Part shown: piece after piece, positions 1-10,569 of the stretch
Numbering within the stretch: the stretch's first letter is position 1
Layout of the letters: every line of letters begins with the position of its first letter
Assembly (NCBI RefSeq): GCF_022539665.2
Contig: NC_081333.1
Location: forward strand, 5,270,001 to 5,334,000
Reading direction: 5' to 3'
From: Daphnia carinata
Taxonomy: Eukaryota
DNA: 64,000 bases
Made by a program: the position numbers and the translations under genes
Notes under the pieces: model-generated
What the model was told of the DNA's origin: nothing
The model's database searches: none
The model's input: the letters and a program-made list of their open reading frames with translations, nothing else

Positions 1-376
1 CCTTTTGTGCCGCTGCTATTGCCGAGGAGTGTGACTCCTTAACTTTGGTGAGGGCAGCTAGCTGTTCCCTCTCCTGTTCGTTTAAGAACTGGGCTGGCGA
101 GTCCAAAGTCGGAGCGGTCGGTCGTGTGTAAGGGTTTGGCCGACTCTTTTTCTCCACGGATCTCTTGGCACGTTGTTCAGGGAACGGCTCCGGGATGCGA
201 AGTCTCCTGAACACACCTTTCGGGATGGTCTGTTCTAACTCTTTCCAGAGTTCGTAAGCACGAGCCTCTGAGTCTAGGAGTTGTTGGAATCTTGCGTACA
301 CCGCCTGCTGGTGCTGCTGATGTATGCTGTCCGACACTGTTATGGAATGTACGGACGTTTCTGTTATTATTTTTTG

Positions 377-388
377 TTCGAAGGACCA
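377..388 (-). promoter_or_regulatory. Primer-binding site complementary to tRNA-Tyr 3' end
   Basis: TGGTCCTTCGAA on the minus strand just inside the LTR; this PBS type is common in BEL/Pao elements. Confidence 0.75.
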
Positions 389-391
389 ATT

Positions 392-1288
392 TGAGATATG
401 CCCCTTGGCCGGGCGATTCTCAATGCCGGAGTCTGCCGGCTCAGCGTAAAGTAGTGGTGTTGGGTCCTCTGAGACCCAATGCAATAGCCGCGATACGTCT
501 GGGCAGCCGGTTGGGGCACCGTGCTACTATGACTTGGCGGACTGGACCGCAACGACGCCCGACAATGGTTCAGGAGGCCAACGACCTCAAAAACGATGCC
601 GAGACGGGGCGCGGCCAATATGACGGACACGAATAACAAAACGCTAGATTACTTGCGATCCTTGGCGTCGAGTGCCCCCGGGTCGAATGGATCTTCAAGT
701 GAAGCGACGGCAAAAACAGGATTCAAGCCGGATGAGAGTTGCTGCAAAGCAGCTTCGTTGTAGCCGTCGAGAAAAAGAGCCGGGCAGAACGAAGAGGGTT
801 GGCGGGCGGAAGCAGCTTATCACGGCCGGGCAGAAGTTGACGGCCAGTTGCGACGGGCAGCAACACAAGTGATAATAAGCGAAACTTGATAGTAATTACC
901 AGTAGAAATGAAGAGCCGACTCCGGGGGCTTCGGTGAAACTCGTGTGTATTATACTCGGCCAAAACCGGCCTTTATATACTCAATTTACAAAACACCGTT
1001 GACTGATATATATAATAGCACGAACATGAATATCAACGCTGGAGTAGATGTCACCGTTGTTCCGTCACCCTTTTCAGCCTCAGGAACTGCCGCTGACCTC
1101 CAACCTCCAACTCTCCTTGGCCGACCCTCTGTCGGTTACTCCTCCGGCACCAACCTCTTCCCTCTGGGCTAAAACTGGCTCCAGTCACGATGGGTTTTAA
1201 ATATTTATTTCCTCTGGGCTAAAACTGGCTCCAGAGCGGGCGTCTTTAATATTCATTTCTGCCTTTGCTCGACAGAGACCGCCCTACA
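392..1288 (-). mobile_element. 5' LTR of a BEL/Pao-type LTR retrotransposon; the element continues off the left edge of the window
   Basis: Minus strand starts TGTAGGG at 1288 and ends ...TCTCA at 392, with a tRNA-Tyr PBS 3 nt later. TATA-like GTATATAAAG at ~970-980. Internal direct repeat TTCCTCTGGGCTAAAACTGGCTCCAG at ~1159 and ~1209. Confidence 0.75.
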
Positions 1289-1292
1289 TAGC

Positions 1293-1565
1293 TGTAAACT
1301 ACGTAAGGTTATTTCAATATTATAGTCAAACGTCTCCAACTTCTATCGTCGGGACTTATAGCATCAAGTCCCGCTTACATTCCATCTATTACCGTCTACC
1401 GGTCTTTCTCGTACCGTCACCGGGAACTTCTTGGTTAGTTCCCGCTTCACGATGGACTTACCCCGGCAACCGACTCTCTGGTTCCGAGTGCCCCGCATCT
1501 CCGCTTCTACTCGTCTATCTCTTCACCGTCCCCTTGGACAGTGTTGGACGTCGGATTTTCCGACA
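1293..1565 (+). mobile_element. Candidate 5' LTR followed by a degenerate tRNA-Leu-type PBS
   Basis: Starts TGTAAAC and ends CGACA. TGATGTCAGA at 1569-1578 differs by one base from TGGTGTCAGA. Internal hairpins GGGACT..AGTCCC and GGGAACT..AGTTCCC. No partner LTR in the window. Confidence 0.4.
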
Positions 1566-1577
1566 ATGTGATGTCAG

Positions 1578-2081
1578 AGCATCAAGATAATCAAGGGTCA
1601 CATGTTTTCATGGTTCGACAAATTGAAAATAATAGGCCTTTCAGCGATTGGATTTCTGCTATTCCTCGTATGTTTACGAATCTTCATCATTTGCAACCCC
1701 ATATCGAAGATTAAAAAACATATCCGCCGAAACCGGAAGTTAACAAGTAGATACGATGATGACATAGAGGAAGACCACGAACTGGCATCAATGATACCGG
1801 CACGAGAAACAAATTATCATTCAGAAATAGCCATTGAACAACCGTTCGTAAGAACACCCGCCCCTACACAACTGACGATGGAAAGACAAGGTCAAGTGCG
1901 CCCTCCACGACCAAGCGCTCCAAATTCATTAATCTACCCATCTATCGAAGAAGCCGACACACCCAAAAGATGCACAGGAAAACACACAACATGTACTTAC
2001 GTAGTAGGGTATGGCATGGTTTGGGAAGACCTATGTCGTTGCATGTCAGAAACAGACAACAGTAATTCAGCCAAAAAGTAA
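1578..2081 (+). pseudogene. C-terminal remnant of an env-like membrane protein (TM helix plus cytoplasmic tail) of an LTR retroelement
   Basis: Hydrophobic IIGLSAIGFLLFLVCLRIFIIC, then basic KKHIRRNRK, a Pro-rich tail and a C-x3-H-x7-GxGxxWxDL motif. Located upstream of an A-rich 3' region and a PPT/LTR start. Env identity is inferred from position and topology. Confidence 0.55.
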
Positions 2082-3483
2082 AAGTCCTAAGGTCATCGAA
2101 ATTAAAAGTAGCCACTAAACATAGCCCTTGACAATTTAATTAATTACATAATAAATTAGCAGCCCCAGCGAATAACACTTACCAGCATTTAAAAACTTCA
2201 ACAATTAAGTTGATTCTTATTTTTTTCCTTACCATTGTGCCTTACTCCAAACTTTATAGTAAAAAAAACATAGAAACAAACTCAAATAACAATTTTGTAT
2301 TCCCAACTAACACATTATCTACAAAATTAAAAGCAAAAACAAAACAATAAACTTAAAAAACTTTATGATAGACAAAACAAACAAACACACAAACTCGAAT
2401 AATTTTTAAACCAAAACACCTTAACTACAAAATAACAAACAAACACAAATAATAACACAAACAGAGGAAAATATAATCATTCGTCCACGGAATCACGTTC
2501 GGGAAGAGGATCACCATAGAGTAGATAATTGTAAATCTGGGCAACATGTGTTATCGCCAACCGATCTTCATGTTCTTCTTGGAGCTACTCCCGCATCAAC
2601 CGAGAAGACGTTGGAGTAGGGTGATAAATATCATCACCAGACTCCAGGCCACCAAAGAAACCGGGCGAACCTCAAAGGATAGACATCGCGATAAAGTGCG
2701 TACCCAAGATGGTTGCTGAAAGAAATCAGATTATTACTCCAACGAACAAAAAAAAAAAAAAAAAAAAAAACACAAACTTACAGATAACAATAATCATTAA
2801 TCCAAGGGCGCTTATACCCGAAATCACGTGGTGGAGCATCCGGCATATCAAAGGCCATTCGAAAAATGCTGAGGAAAAAGCTCTGATCTTCCGTACGGAA
2901 CCTCCGAAAAAGGCTTTCGGGAGAAGAAAAAATGGAACGATCAACACACCACAGTGCTATATCAACCAGAGAGCGATACTTAAAAATATATCTATATTCG
3001 AATGAATCCATCGAAAAAAAAAATTATAAAACTCAAAACAAGAGCAACAAAAAGAAACAGTAATCTCTACGAAAGAACGAAGATAACTAACTCAAGAAGT
3101 TCAATAAAATCTCTATAAGAAGACAATGACTAAAAAAGGAATAAAGAAAGTTGGAAATATTCGTCTATTCACTCGGCGACATATCCACAGGTCAGTGCGA
3201 CAAGACGCGACGAAAAAGAATCCAACTCAACTTCAAGGGGAAGAAGAAATACATTAAAAATGCATGAAAACCTGTTATCAAATTAAGAACACAGAAGCAA
3301 GAACACAAGAAAAGAAACAACAACCTGAAGTCCCTTGACTATGCAAGATTTTGCAAAATACGAAAACTAAACTCTTCCCAGTGTCTCAACGACATAACTC
3401 CAACAAAGTTTCGCAAAAGCAAAAAACGCATTATAAACCAAAAGTTTATCTAAAAATAGCCCTATAACAACATCAATAACAAA

Positions 3484-4941
3484 ATGGAAGTAATAATCAA
3501 ACACCAGGAGACGAAGAGGGTATACGAGCTAATTACTATTAGCGATACCAAAAATGAGGATACGCAACAGGACTGCAAAGCAAAAGAAAGTGAGGAAAGT
3601 GCAGATAGCAACACGCAATTAGTGCAGTACATGGGATGGAACGGAATAGAAACAGAAAAGAACAATTCTTACGGAAATAAGGAAAAACGGAATGACAGCA
3701 GTGAATCAAGTGAAGATGATGGATTAACAGCGTATAGTGGAATAGAACCCGACTATGAAAGTGACTACAGTGTTGAGTTTATTGAGTTCGACAGTGACAC
3801 ATATCTTCAGTGTGACCCTCCTCAAGAACGAAACAAGCCAGAAAACCAACACAAGGAAACAGAAGCGTGTAAAAACTGCCGGATGAAAACGATAGCATCC
3901 ATATCAGCAGACCGAGAAGAGAAAATTCATTTGCGTAGACAAGCCACGATAGACTTGGAAAACGGTAAGTTTTCATTGACGATGATGGGAGCCCCAATGC
4001 AGGTGATAAGAAGATGCATTCAAAATAAATTCAGCACGCAACAAGGTTGGCCAAGACAGAAGATGGCAACATTTCTAAACAAAAGATATGAGGAAGGACA
4101 AACATTACTCCACTCAAGCGTAAGAAAAAATAGGTACGACATCACAGACCTGCTACTATCCTTCGGAGCGGATCCAGAAGTATTATACCACGGAAAAACA
4201 ATCGGCCATAAAGCAGCAGCCTTCAACGATTTACTGTTACTACGAATCCTGAAGCATTATAACTGCGAATTTACAGCCCAAGACAGCAGGGGAGAAACCC
4301 CTTTGATGGTGGCAATTTCACACAAAAATGAAGAATGTGCAAAGTTAATATGGACACCAACTAACATCAACATTACAGGACCACATGGAACAACCGTTTT
4401 GCATTATCTAGCCGAATATGGCCTGGAAGATGTGGCCATCCAAATTTGCGCAACAAGAAGTATCTACATCAACAAACAAAACGACTCAGGCACAACCGCC
4501 TTACACGTAGCAGCCGGATTCAACAGATTCGACATGATCGAAATTTTACTGTTACACGGAGCAAGCCCAAGGATAAAAGACTCCCATGGACACACGGCTG
4601 AATCACATACATGCAGTGATAGAGCTCGAGCAATATTCCAAAAATGGGATCAAAAACGTAACAGTTATTCCCAGACAAAGACTGGAAAGAAAGGACAAAT
4701 ACAATATCGCCGCGAGAAAAGCGAAAAAACCATCAACAAAGTTAAAATACCGGGCCTAAGAAAAAGCAAGAATAAAATAAGAAAAGAAAGAAGACAATAC
4801 ACTCGCAACTTGATTCAAATCGAAAAAACCCTCAACAAAGTTAAAATACCGGGCCTAAGAAAAAACAAGAATAAAATAAGAAAAGAAAGAAGACAATACA
4901 CTCGCAACTTGATTCAAATCACCTGCAATTCTTTTTCTTAA
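3484..4941 (+). CDS. Intronless ankyrin-repeat protein, 485 aa: acidic N-terminus, 5 full plus 1 partial ANK repeats, basic C-terminus
   Basis: ANK motifs GQTLLH, GKTIGH, GETPLMVA, GTTVLHYLA, GTTALHVAA and GHTA in an uninterrupted ORF. Confidence 0.88.
   Translation: MEVIIKHQETKRVYELITISDTKNEDTQQDCKAKESEESADSNTQLVQYMGWNGIETEKNNSYGNKEKRNDSSESSEDDGLTAYSGIEPDYESDYSVEFIEFDSDTYLQCDPPQERNKPENQHKETEACKNCRMKTIASISADREEKIHLRRQATIDLENGKFSLTMMGAPMQVIRRCIQNKFSTQQGWPRQKMATFLNKRYEEGQTLLHSSVRKNRYDITDLLLSFGADPEVLYHGKTIGHKAAAFNDLLLLRILKHYNCEFTAQDSRGETPLMVAISHKNEECAKLIWTPTNINITGPHGTTVLHYLAEYGLEDVAIQICATRSIYINKQNDSGTTALHVAAGFNRFDMIEILLLHGASPRIKDSHGHTAESHTCSDRARAIFQKWDQKRNSYSQTKTGKKGQIQYRREKSEKTINKVKIPGLRKSKNKIRKERRQYTRNLIQIEKTLNKVKIPGLRKNKNKIRKERRQYTRNLIQITCNSFS
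4722..4919 (+). repeat. In-frame 99-bp tandem duplication (33 aa x2)
   Basis: EKT(I/L)NKVKIPGLRK(S/N)KNKIRKERRQYTRNLIQI occurs twice; the units start at 4722 and 4821. Confidence 0.95.
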
Positions 4942-5110
4942 AATTTTTAGGTGGAGGAACCAGTTTAGTCAACCATAGCCATCATAGCAGCAACTGTAGC
5001 CGGTGACGGGAAAAGAAAAAGAAAAAGAAATTCTTCTAAAATTTTTGGTGAAGGAACAAGTTTTATTATTCATCCATAGCAACAACTGTAGACGGTGACG
5101 AAAAAAAAAG
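4934..5110 (+). repeat. Degenerate ~100-bp tandem duplication in the element 3' UTR
   Basis: TAAAATTTTT..GGTG.AGGAAC.AGTTT...CATAGCA.CAACTGTAG.CGGTGACG occurs twice. Confidence 0.8.
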
Positions 5111-5140
5111 CAAATTGGTGGACCAATTCTTATTATCGAC

Positions 5141-5260
5141 GAGGGTAAGGAATGTAACGAGCCCAAAGGCTATCCAAAGAAAACCACACCCTTTACATCC
5201 CTCAAGCGTTTCACAAGTGAAAGTGAACGTATCCCCTCCCATTTCACCTTCAATTTGTGT
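5141..5260 (+). mobile_element. Polypurine tract and start of a truncated 3' LTR
   Basis: GAGGGTAAGGAA is followed directly by TGTAAC at 5153. The right boundary is approximate. Confidence 0.55.
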
Positions 5261-5329
5261 GTTCTTAAGTAGTATAAATACTGCATGTTTGTACCTTGAA
5301 ATTCGGAATTGTTTCGGCAAATCCACTGT

Positions 5330-5745
5330 AATACACGAGGTTCGAAACTTTACAGTAGCCTTCTTTTTCTCTTTGGTAAGTGTTCGAAACATTTCATACC
5401 CCAAAATGATACTCCTCCGATATTCAGCCATTTTTAAATTTTTGTTTCTCTTATTTTACTCGTTTTATTTCTAGCTAGTTCGCAAACGTTTAGAGTCGTG
5501 AATGTGTCACCAGGAAGCCAGATCCTGAACTCGTTTTCCCAGTTTAAGACCGTGCTAAGTGGCCACACCTTTAGGCTTTTGCCTAAACCCATGCAATGTG
5601 CAAGCACACATCCAGCACTTGTACTGCTTCTGAAACATGCATTCCACATAAACTTGACACCTTCTACTTGGTGGAATTTCAGTTTTTCTGACAACTTCTG
5701 ATGCACCATCACCTGGTCTTCATTGTGAATTTGACTGTCTCTCTA
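5330..5745 (-). pseudogene. ATRX: Fragment of an ATRX/XNP-like SNF2 helicase
   Basis: LKFHQVEGVKFMW, GCVLAHCMGLGKSL (Walker A), PLSTVLNWENEF and ILGYEMFR match ATRX motifs. Internal deletion and frameshift present. Confidence 0.85.
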
Positions 5746-5959
5746 CAAAATCAGCTGATTACTATGGGGCAGATAAAATGAAAAAAATAGTGGTGACGCT
5801 AGAATTGAAGTCATTAGATTCATTATTATTAAAAATTCAACCTCAATTTGTGATGCTAAATTTTTGGAGTTCGCTGAACGAGAGTGTGGTACCAGCAGTT
5901 GGCTTTTTAGCAGCCGGGCTGATAGATCATAATTTTTTAAGTCTTCAAATCTGTCAACG

Positions 5960-6538
5960 AGAGTTGCTCCGATCCACCAAATCTCTATCCCGTAGATGGA
6001 ACTCCAAGGGGCGCTGTTAGCAGTCCGGTTGGTGAACTACTTGCTGAAGGAGATGACGCTGCACATTTCTTCCGTGTTTTTCTGGGTGGATGCTATGACC
6101 GTACTTTGTTGGATCCACGCCAATCATCGCCGCTACAACGTCTTCGTCGCCAATAGAATTTCAGAAATCCTCGATTCAACTACCCTGCAGCAGTGGCGCC
6201 ATGTTTCAGGCATCCTAAACCCGGCTGATGAATGCAGCCGTGGCCTCTGCCCGTCCGAGCTCGACCCACATCATCGTTGGTACCGCGGACCGGAGTTTCT
6301 TGCTCTGCCACCCGAACATTGGCCAGCCCAGTTGCCGGATAGTGACTTATGCGACGCCGAAAAAGACTCTATCGCCTGCCTAGTTGTCGTCGTTTCTAGC
6401 GGACCGCTAGACTATTTTGCCGCACGTATCGACAATCTGCACCGTTTCGTACGCATTGTCGCCTGGATTGGGAGATTTATCATCAACGCGCGAATCCTCG
6501 TAAATCGAAGACGGACCGAGCGAGAGGTAAATCCATGA
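5960..6538 (+). mobile_element. BEL/Pao pol fragment (RNase H / Peptidase_A17 region)
   Basis: ELQGALLA, FFWVDAMTVLCWI, FVANRISEI, QWRHVSGILNPADECSRG and WYRGPEFL. Confidence 0.9.
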
Positions 6539-7639
6539 CGCCATTTTTTGCTCGCGTTGTCTCGTTTTTTTTTCCTGATTGAAATAGATCATTTTTTTCA
6601 CGAATTCGCCGTTCGTTTTCGCTTTCGTTATGATTCGTTTCTCAACTCACGTGATTTCAACTAAGATACCTCTGTCTACTAAACATTTTTTTTCCAGCCT
6701 GAGAATATTTGCCGAATGTAACCTATGTCAAGTAGATTTCTGGCAACAGAACTAATCAGTGTTTCATGATCTACACTCTAAAAATTCAGAAAGTAAACAT
6801 TAATTAATGCAGATTTAGAATAATCCTAAATACCCTTCAAGCTATTGGTTCCTGTCCAGGACGAAGATGGAACAATTTAACATGTAAATTTCCTATATGT
6901 TCAGGAGATCTTTGATCTGATTGATGAGTACTTTCTGACCATCATGCCACAGAAGTTCCTTCAGCCATGTCTCTAAACGAAAGTGTAAATTCAATACTCT
7001 TAGATTTAAACTTTTGTAGGACTATGTGTGTCAATGATAGTGTGTTCCTAAACTACACACTTACTTCAGACTGATGTTCACTTGACTTGAGGAATTTCAA
7101 TGCCAAGGCTGCCCTTGGGACAGTGGCGACGCTCTTATTCCAGCCAATAAGTTCTCTTTTTAAACTGATGCTGAACCTTTTTTCCTAAAGAAAACAAAAT
7201 TTGTTATCAAATGATTTGGTAACCGCTTTATTGTAGGAGCTTGAGCTATTTTGTACAAGTGATTCATAGCCTAGAAAGATCGGACAGAAACAAAAGTAAC
7301 ATTCTATTGGGTTTACAAATAGTGACTATGCCACAAGGCTTTACAAATAACAATTATCAAATGAAACGAACTGTTAAATTTACAATCCTATAGAGTTTCG
7401 GATTGAGCGGCACCCTGGAAAACGTGAGATTACCGACGATGCTTTAATATAAGATCGCTTGTAGGAGTTCTTCCCTTAGTTCCATATGTTTTCCAATGGT
7501 TGAGAAGTAAATTCTGTCGCTATTTTTTTTTTGTGTTTTCTGCAGACGAAGCCGATTCGCAGTGGGAATCGGTTGTCACAGAAATTTTGGACTAGTGTCC
7601 ATTGCCACCACCAGGTTGTTTCGGATCGTTGTCAAGCTA

Positions 7640-10370
7640 GCCGTATAAGTTGTGCGTAGAGGATGCTGTTTAGACTTCGAGGTACAGTTTGGATTGGAGA
7701 CGGAAGTTAACGAGGGATCACGGATGAGGAGCTGCGAGTTTGTGTTGATTTGTTGGTTAAGGCCAAGAATATTGATTGTGTTCCAGGTAAGATTTTATTG
7801 TGAGAGAAGTTGTTTAAGAGGGGCTTAGTATGTGGAAAAATGTTCGCAGGCTGTGAGAACATGATCTGCGTTTTCGATTTTAGGGCAGCCATGGCGACAG
7901 TGGGGCATGTGTCCATTTTCCAAATTTGCTCACATGGGCATTTAACCTGTTGTGTCCACTTCTGAGTCGGTGAAGAGCAGTGTTGATCTATCTATTTGGA
8001 CGACGATGCCATTCTATGATTCCCAGCCTGGTTTTTGAGGTAACACATAGTTTCCCACATTTTTTGAGATCGTTGAGGGTTCATGATGACCATTTGTTTT
8101 ATACAGGGCTATAATTTCAAGTGTGGATAAAGAATTACCTGATGGAGTTTTCAAGTGGGATATTTTCTGTGTCATTGGCGAGTTTGTCAGCCTTTTCGTT
8201 ACCAGAGATGCCAACATGACTGGGGATACAGGTAAGATGAGTAATTGTGCCTGCCGCCTTAAGTCCTAAAAGCATGTTCCATACTTTGAGCAAGACTGGA
8301 TTAGGTACAGCCCTTGGAGTGGCATCGATGGCTAGGAGGGCAGCCTTAGAGTCTGTGAAGATGTGTAGTTCAGTTGGGTTGGAGTCATGGAGGTAGCAGG
8401 CTTTGAGGGCTGTCAGGATGCAGTACAGTTCAGCTGTTTGGATGTTAGAACCTCTAGAGAGGTGCCAGGCTTTGTTAAGATTGATGGAGGGAAAGGTGTA
8501 TGCACATGCTTTCTTGTTGGTCACTGTAGCAGGGGTCTTTCTCAAACGCATTTTTCTCTATTGTCATGATGTCTTTGATATGCAAGGCTAGGCTGGGATT
8601 GCTTCTGGGTGGCCAAGAATTGGGGTTTGTGGCGTGAAACTGTGCGCGTTTGTACATAGGATTTTTGTTTTTTCCCCCCGAGTTTTATCAGGTATCGGGC
8701 CGCAAGCCATTTCATTCGGGTTTTAGTTGTTTCCAGTCCTAGTTCGGAGTATAGAATTTCAGTAGGAGTGGATTTTAGGGAACCCAGGATAAGCGGATGA
8801 CCGAAATAGTGGATTTTTCTGGGAGGAATTCTAAGCCTCACTTCTTACCCCATCTGTACAACTTATCCAGGTACTGTTGCAATTTGTCTTCTGCCGTTGT
8901 AGCGTTTTTTGCATGCATGTAGATTGCGACATCATCAGCGTAGTGGAGGGCGGTAATTTCAGGTGGGGGAAGAGGCAGGTTGCTCATCATAACGTTGAAT
9001 AGTGTTGGGCTACGTACAGCACCCTGGGGGACTCCTGCGACTAGATGGCCTATGTCTGAAAGGTTATTCCCTACTCTCACTCGTCCACTTCTATCTCTGA
9101 GGAAGGATTGTATCCAGCTGAGGATAGGTCCTGTTATTTTCATCTTGGAGTTTGTAGATGACACCATCGCATTGGATGCGGTCAAAAGCCTTGGCAATGT
9201 CGAGGAATACCGGATATGTAGAGAGTCCCTTATCCCTTACTAAAGCCAGTTTTAGTGTCATTTTCAAGAGCTAGAATGTGATCTAGTCTGCTTATACCGG
9301 GACGAAAGCCGGCTTGCGATGGTTGCAAGTGGTTGTTTTCTTCTAGATGCCAGACCAGCTGGTTCTTAATGACCCTTTCCATAGTTTTCCCTAGACATGA
9401 TGTGAGAGATATAGGGCGAAAGGACGCTGGGTCTTCTGCATTTTTGTTGGGTTTGAGGATCGGGATTATTAGGGCTTCTTTCCAGTCATTTGGGGTAGAG
9501 CCGTTTGCGAGGAGAGTGTTGAATGATGGCGAAGCATCTCACGGTTGTCGAATTCGATTAAACACCATTTTATTATGCGTGAGGTCTAGGCCCATTGAGT
9601 TACTTTTGCGTGTTTTAAGGGCTTGAGTAATTTCACCTGGTGTAATGGGGGAGTTGAGAGCACTGTAGTCTGGCGACGCGACGGCTGTCCTTATGGCTTC
9701 TTTTATGTTAGCTTGTTCTCCGGGGCGGCTATTGGAGTTGTCTATGAAAGTTTTTAGAAATATATTAGCTTTTTCTTCGGGATCGTTTATTAAAGTCCCA
9801 TCTGACAAGCGGAGTGGATGCCCTTTTGCCGATGGGGTGTGGCCGCAGCCGGTCATCGCTTTGGCAAATGCCCACATGGTATGTTGGTCTTTGTGAGCTG
9901 AGGCTGGAAATGAATGTTTACCATGATTGTTTCTTGGCATTGATTAAGGTTTTTCTTTTTTGAGCCTCAGCTTTTTTCCAGGCGATCTTTTTGTTATCTG
10001 AGAAAGGGTCTGAGCGCCAGTCAGAGAGGGCCTTCCTGGTAGTGCGCACATGGTAATCGCAAATCTTATTCCACCAAGGCTTACTTGGTTCTGGTGTGAT
10101 GCGATGTGTAGGGGAGCTCAGCTTGAAGAATGTATGACTGGCATCCATTAGGGCATCATGGAATAGCTTGTATGTTTCGACTGGGTTTGTCTTTTCAGTG
10201 TAGTGTTTGTTGAGGAGAAATTTATGTATGTGGGCATTCCAGTCGGTCCATAGCTCATCTCGGAATATCCATCTAGGTGGAGGGTGAGTTCTTTCTCGGG
10301 GGCTAATGGTTTTCATGATGACCGGGAAATGGTCGCTGCCAAGGTATGGGCCTAGTGTGATGGTGGAGTT
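7640..10370 (-). mobile_element. 5'-truncated, frameshifted LINE with APE end, RT and RNase H (I-group-like)
   Basis: YLGSDHFPV (APE end), FRPISLTSCLGKTMERV, GVPQGAV, YADD, and RNase H motifs AELYCI, FTDSKAAL and IPSHVGISGNEKAD. Boundaries approximate. Confidence 0.9.
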
Positions 10371-10569
10371 GCAACCGGTTCTCGGTTTCCTAAACCTACC
10401 AAAATAATAAAAATTTAATAAAATAGTTGAATCTATTAAATTGAACTAGCATTTGTCTCCATCATTACCATTGGCTAAAGAACTGAATTTGGGACTCGAA
10501 TACACAACATATTAACAAAGGAAAACAATTAATGACCAAAATTTATACGTTTTTAAGGATTTTTGTTAA

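Noticed and set aside
177..1172. Short ORFs in the first 1.2 kb
   Set aside because: They lie within the LTR and leader and have no domain motifs.
6700..7560. Exon-like minus-strand segments
   Set aside because: They contain stops and no recognisable family, so they cannot be supported as a gene call.
10372..10398. hAT-like terminus AACCGGTTCTCGGTTTCCTAAACCTA
   Set aside because: No partner TIR or TSD, and its orientation does not fit the adjacent hAT remnant.
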